DNA of 62,580 nucleotides, the filler included, from Nitrospinota bacterium (lineage in GTDB: Bacteria > JAUXIQ01): the NCBI GenBank assembly GCA_030620925.1. It is 13 parts of 13 records of this genome, joined end to end, with 100 filler letters (N's around TTAATTAATTAA, not from the genome) between each part and the next. Parts side by side here need not be neighbours in the genome. Positions count along the whole stretch, not along the records: positions 59,625 to 62,580 come from JAUXIQ010000381.1; 12 more parts are not named here. One strand, written 5' to 3'. Below, piece by piece: positions 59,670 through 62,580 of this stretch. The number at the start of each line of letters is the position of its first letter. The first letter of the stretch is position 1. Under the pieces are notes generated by a model. It saw only the letters and a list, made by a program, of their open reading frames with translations. It was not told the DNA's origin and did not search any database. The translations under genes were made by a program, and so were the position numbers.

Positions 59670-60716
59670 TCAGGGAAACAGGGGGGCCGCACGCAGCCCT
59701 TCCGTTTCATCGAAGCCGCAGATGATGTTCATGTTCTGGAGGGCCTGCCAGCTCGCCCCTTTACCCAGGTTATCTATAGCGGATACCACAATGAGCTTGC
59801 CGGTCCTGTGGTCCACTTTCAACCCTATATCGCAGTAGTTCGATGCCCTGCTCTCAGCGGTGGCGGGGAGCTCACCCTCTTCTCTCACCCTTACGAAGGG
59901 TTCGTTCTCGTAGAATTCATGGTATAGGTCGACCATTTCGCCCGTAGTGCGATCCTCCGTCAGGGACAGATAAATGGTGCTCAGGATTCCCCTGGTTATG
60001 GGGATGAGATGGGGGGTGAATACCACTCGAAGTTGTTTCCCGGCCAGGCGGCTGAGCTCCTGCTCTATTTCAGGGGTGTGGCGATGTTCCGCCACGCTGT
60101 ATGCTTTAACGCTTTCGTTGCACTCGGTGAAGTGCTGGGGGAGGGCCACCTTCCTCCCCGCGCCCGAAACCCCCGATTTCGAGTCTATGATTATGTCTTC
60201 CACGTCCACCGGCCCCTTCTCGATCAGCGGGGCCAGGGCCAGAATGGCGCTTGTCGGATAACAGCCCGGATTTGCGACGATATCCGCCTTCTTTATTTCT
60301 TCCCGGTTCAACTCCGGAAGGCCGTAAGCGGCCCGGCCCAGCAGCTCGGGGGCGGGATGCCGGACGGAATACCACTCTTCGTAAACGGCCGTGTCGTTCA
60401 AGCGGAAATCGGCGCTGAAGTCCACCACCCGTTTGCCCTCCTGCACCAGGTCGGAAACCACTTTCGCCGCTTCCGTATGAGGGAGGGCCACGAAGACTTG
60501 GTCGCAGGCGGAAGCCACTTCTTTTGTGTCCAGCTTGGCGCAACGCAGGGATATCAGTCCCTGCAGCGAGGGGAAAACGGAGGCTATATCCCTTCCCGAG
60601 TAGGTCTCCGAGGTAACCATCTCCACGGCTACCCCCGGGTGGGCCACCAGGAGGCGAAGCAACTCCACGCCCGTATACCCGGTCGCCCCCACCACGCCTA
60701 CTTTTACCTTGCCCAT
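59670..60716 (-). CDS. argC: N-acetyl-gamma-glutamyl-phosphate reductase
   Basis: GATGYTG, SADFRL, ANPGCYPT, SGVSGAGR, HRHTPEI. Confidence 0.96.
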   Translation of the reverse strand: MGKVKVGVVGATGYTGVELLRLLVAHPGVAVEMVTSETYSGRDIASVFPSLQGLISLRCAKLDTKEVASACDQVFVALPHTEAAKVVSDLVQEGKRVVDFSADFRLNDTAVYEEWYSVRHPAPELLGRAAYGLPELNREEIKKADIVANPGCYPTSAILALAPLIEKGPVDVEDIIIDSKSGVSGAGRKVALPQHFTECNESVKAYSVAEHRHTPEIEQELSRLAGKQLRVVFTPHLIPITRGILSTIYLSLTEDRTTGEMVDLYHEFYENEPFVRVREEGELPATAESRASNYCDIGLKVDHRTGKLIVVSAIDNLGKGASWQALQNMNIICGFDETEGLRAAPLFP

Positions 60717-60841
60717 CTTTACCGCCAACCCGCCGAAATGTCCTGATTAAATTTGAGGGGAACTTCCTTTTAAGGAAAAGTTCCCCTCAATACAATTTCC
60801 CCGTAAAATTGTTCAGCACGGCGAAACTCAGGGCCCGAAGT

Positions 60842-61234
60842 TTATCTCTTGGAGAACTGGAACCTGGCCCTGGCGCCTTTCTGGCCGTACTTCTTCCGCT
60901 CTTTAACCCGTGGGTCCCGTCGAAGCATCCCTGCTTTTTTGAGTATCTGGCGCAGTTCCTGGTCCGATTCCAGGAGAGCCCGGGCTATGCCGTGCCGCAC
61001 GGCGCCGGCCTGTCCGCTCAGGCCGCCGCCCTTGACGGTTATATATAAATCAAATTTATCCATTGTCTCGGTGAGTGCCAGCGGCTGCAAAGCGATTTTT
61101 TTGGTCACTTCCTTGGTGAAATACTCGTCCATGGGTTTCTTGTTCACCAGTATCGTGCCGCTTCCCTCGCCCAGCCACACCCTGGCCACGGATGTCTTCC
61201 TGCGGCCTGTAGCGTAAAATCGATTATCCTCCAT
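60842..61234 (-). CDS. rpsI: 30S ribosomal protein S9
   Basis: [36 protein letters not shown]. Confidence 0.99.
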   Translation of the reverse strand: MEDNRFYATGRRKTSVARVWLGEGSGTILVNKKPMDEYFTKEVTKKIALQPLALTETMDKFDLYITVKGGGLSGQAGAVRHGIARALLESDQELRQILKKAGMLRRDPRVKERKKYGQKGARARFQFSKR

Positions 61235-61268
61235 ACCGACCCGATTAGCCTCCTATGGAATAGAGATG

Positions 61269-61700
61269 TTAAAGTTCCAGGGGAATGGGTTTTTGTGCCT
61301 TATGCGGATGATCGCTGCCGGTGTATACCTTGAGTTTGGTGAACATCGCCCGGCCCAGCCGGTTTTTAGGCAGCATTCCCCTCACCGCTTTCTCGATAAC
61401 CGTTTCCGGTTTCTTCTCCATCATCTCACGGGCGGTAGCGGATTTGATCCCGCCGGGGTAGCCCGAGTGCCTGTAATAGATTTTCTTGTCCAATTTATCA
61501 CCCGTGAGACGCACCTTATCGGCGTTGATGATCACTACGTGGTCTCCAGTATCCACGTGGGGGGTATAGATAGGTTTGTGCTTACCGCGGAGGACTTTAG
61601 CCACCTCGCTGGCCATCCGACCGAGCACCTTATCCTGCGCATCGACTATATACCAGATGCGCTCTATTTCCTCTTTCTTGGCTGAAAATGTCTTGCTCAA
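61269..61700 (-). CDS. rplM: 50S ribosomal protein L13
   Basis: [31 protein letters not shown]. Confidence 0.99.
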   Translation of the reverse strand: MSKTFSAKKEEIERIWYIVDAQDKVLGRMASEVAKVLRGKHKPIYTPHVDTGDHVVIINADKVRLTGDKLDKKIYYRHSGYPGGIKSATAREMMEKKPETVIEKAVRGMLPKNRLGRAMFTKLKVYTGSDHPHKAQKPIPLEL

Positions 61701-61813
61701 CGTCTCTCACCTATGTCGAAGATATTTTAAATTCCATGTTTATACTGAGATGCCGCTCCTCTCAGCGGGTCAGTAATTTGAGCGCAAATCTCCCCTTTAA
61801 AATACGAAGAATA

Positions 61814-61842
61814 ATAATAGTTTCGGAAAAGGCGGTTGTCAA
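61814..61842 (-). promoter_or_regulatory. sigma70 promoter of rplM-rpsI
   Basis: TTGACA-17 nt-TATTAT. Confidence 0.8.
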
Positions 61843-62117
61843 GTTAAATTGGAGCGCGAAATCGCAGCCGAGGAAGTATATCGCGCACCGCGGATTAAAA
61901 CATCGAGAATAGACCTCGGTTAAGGCGCCTCCTCGCGGCGGTCTGTAACGACAACGGTCTTATTCCGGTCTATGCCCTGAGAGAATGTATATAAATTTTT
62001 TGTCGTTGTAAAAAATATTTGTGCACTGTTATAATTGTCCGGCTTTCCCGGTGGTAATGATTACATTTTGTTATTCAGGCGTTGCTTCACTCAGTAAATA
62101 GAATGAGGAGGAACATC

Positions 62118-62580
62118 ATGACTAAATCCCTTTATGACCTTACCGATCAGGTGGCGATAGTTACTGGCGGAGGGAAGGGAATCGGAAAGGCCCTGGCCAT
62201 GGGTATGGCGGATGCGGGGTGCCACGTGGTGGTGTGCGCTAGAGAGCTCGATCCGCTTGAGCAGGCCGCAGAGGCCATCCGTGAGAAAGGCCGAAAATCG
62301 TTGGCAATTTCCATGGACCACCGCAAAGAAGAAGACGTGCAGGGCATGGTCAAACAGGTGGTGGACGAATTCGGCCGTATAGACATCCTTGTCAATAACG
62401 CGGGCGGGCAGGGGTTCATCTGCGATCTGGTAAACTTGAGCCCCGGAGGTTGGGACGCGGTGATAAACGTTAACCTCAAGGGTGTTTTCATGTGTACCAA
62501 ATACGTCGGCGAGGTGATGATCAATCAGGGGGGAGGCAAGATCGTCAACATCACCTCCGTAGCGGGCAGGGACGGCACCC
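62118..62580 (+). CDS. short-chain dehydrogenase/reductase (3' truncated)
   Basis: Manual translation MTKSLYDLTDQVAIVTGGGKGIG...GRIDILVNNAG...VNLKG...GGKIVNITS; GAGGAGG RBS. Absent from the ORF track. Confidence 0.93.
   Translation, partial: MTKSLYDLTDQVAIVTGGGKGIGKALAMGMADAGCHVVVCARELDPLEQAAEAIREKGRKSLAISMDHRKEEDVQGMVKQVVDEFGRIDILVNNAGGQGFICDLVNLSPGGWDAVINVNLKGVFMCTKYVGEVMINQGGGKIVNITSVAGRDGT

Overview
This window is not one continuous locus. It is 13 short contigs (about 3-8 kb each) joined by 12 identical 100-bp spacers (N44-TTAATTAATTAA-N44), so gene neighbourhoods only hold within a contig. The content fits a draft or metagenome-assembled genome of an anaerobic diderm bacterium. The rplM-rpsI-argC order, lptB, PilT/PilU/secretin and TTGAC-N4-GTCAA boxes suggest a Deltaproteobacteria/Nitrospinota-like lineage (inference only). 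Housekeeping genes include secA, nadB, gap, tpiA, secG, clpB, recD2, addB-like, queF, sufCBD, argC, rpsI and rplM. There is also much acyl-CoA and aromatic catabolism: two CoA ligases, two acyl-CoA dehydrogenases and Thauera-type benzoyl-CoA reductase bcrC/bcrB. The best hidden signal is at 4363-7068, a TetR-controlled unit. An FMN alpha-hydroxy-acid-dehydrogenase homologue lacking the usual substrate-binding Arg lies upstream of an orphan PrdB/GrdB-family selenoprotein. The ORF track splits that selenoprotein in two at an in-frame UGA (UxxC motif) followed by a near-perfect SECIS hairpin. Other highlights: a TtrA-like Mo enzyme apparently missing its Cys ligand, a PilQ/MshL chimeric secretin, twin HcpR-type boxes on nitrosative-stress genes, a decayed group II intron 3' end, an internally deleted enoyl-CoA hydratase, and several families of intergenic palindromic repeats. 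All assignments come from manual motif recognition; no database searches were run.
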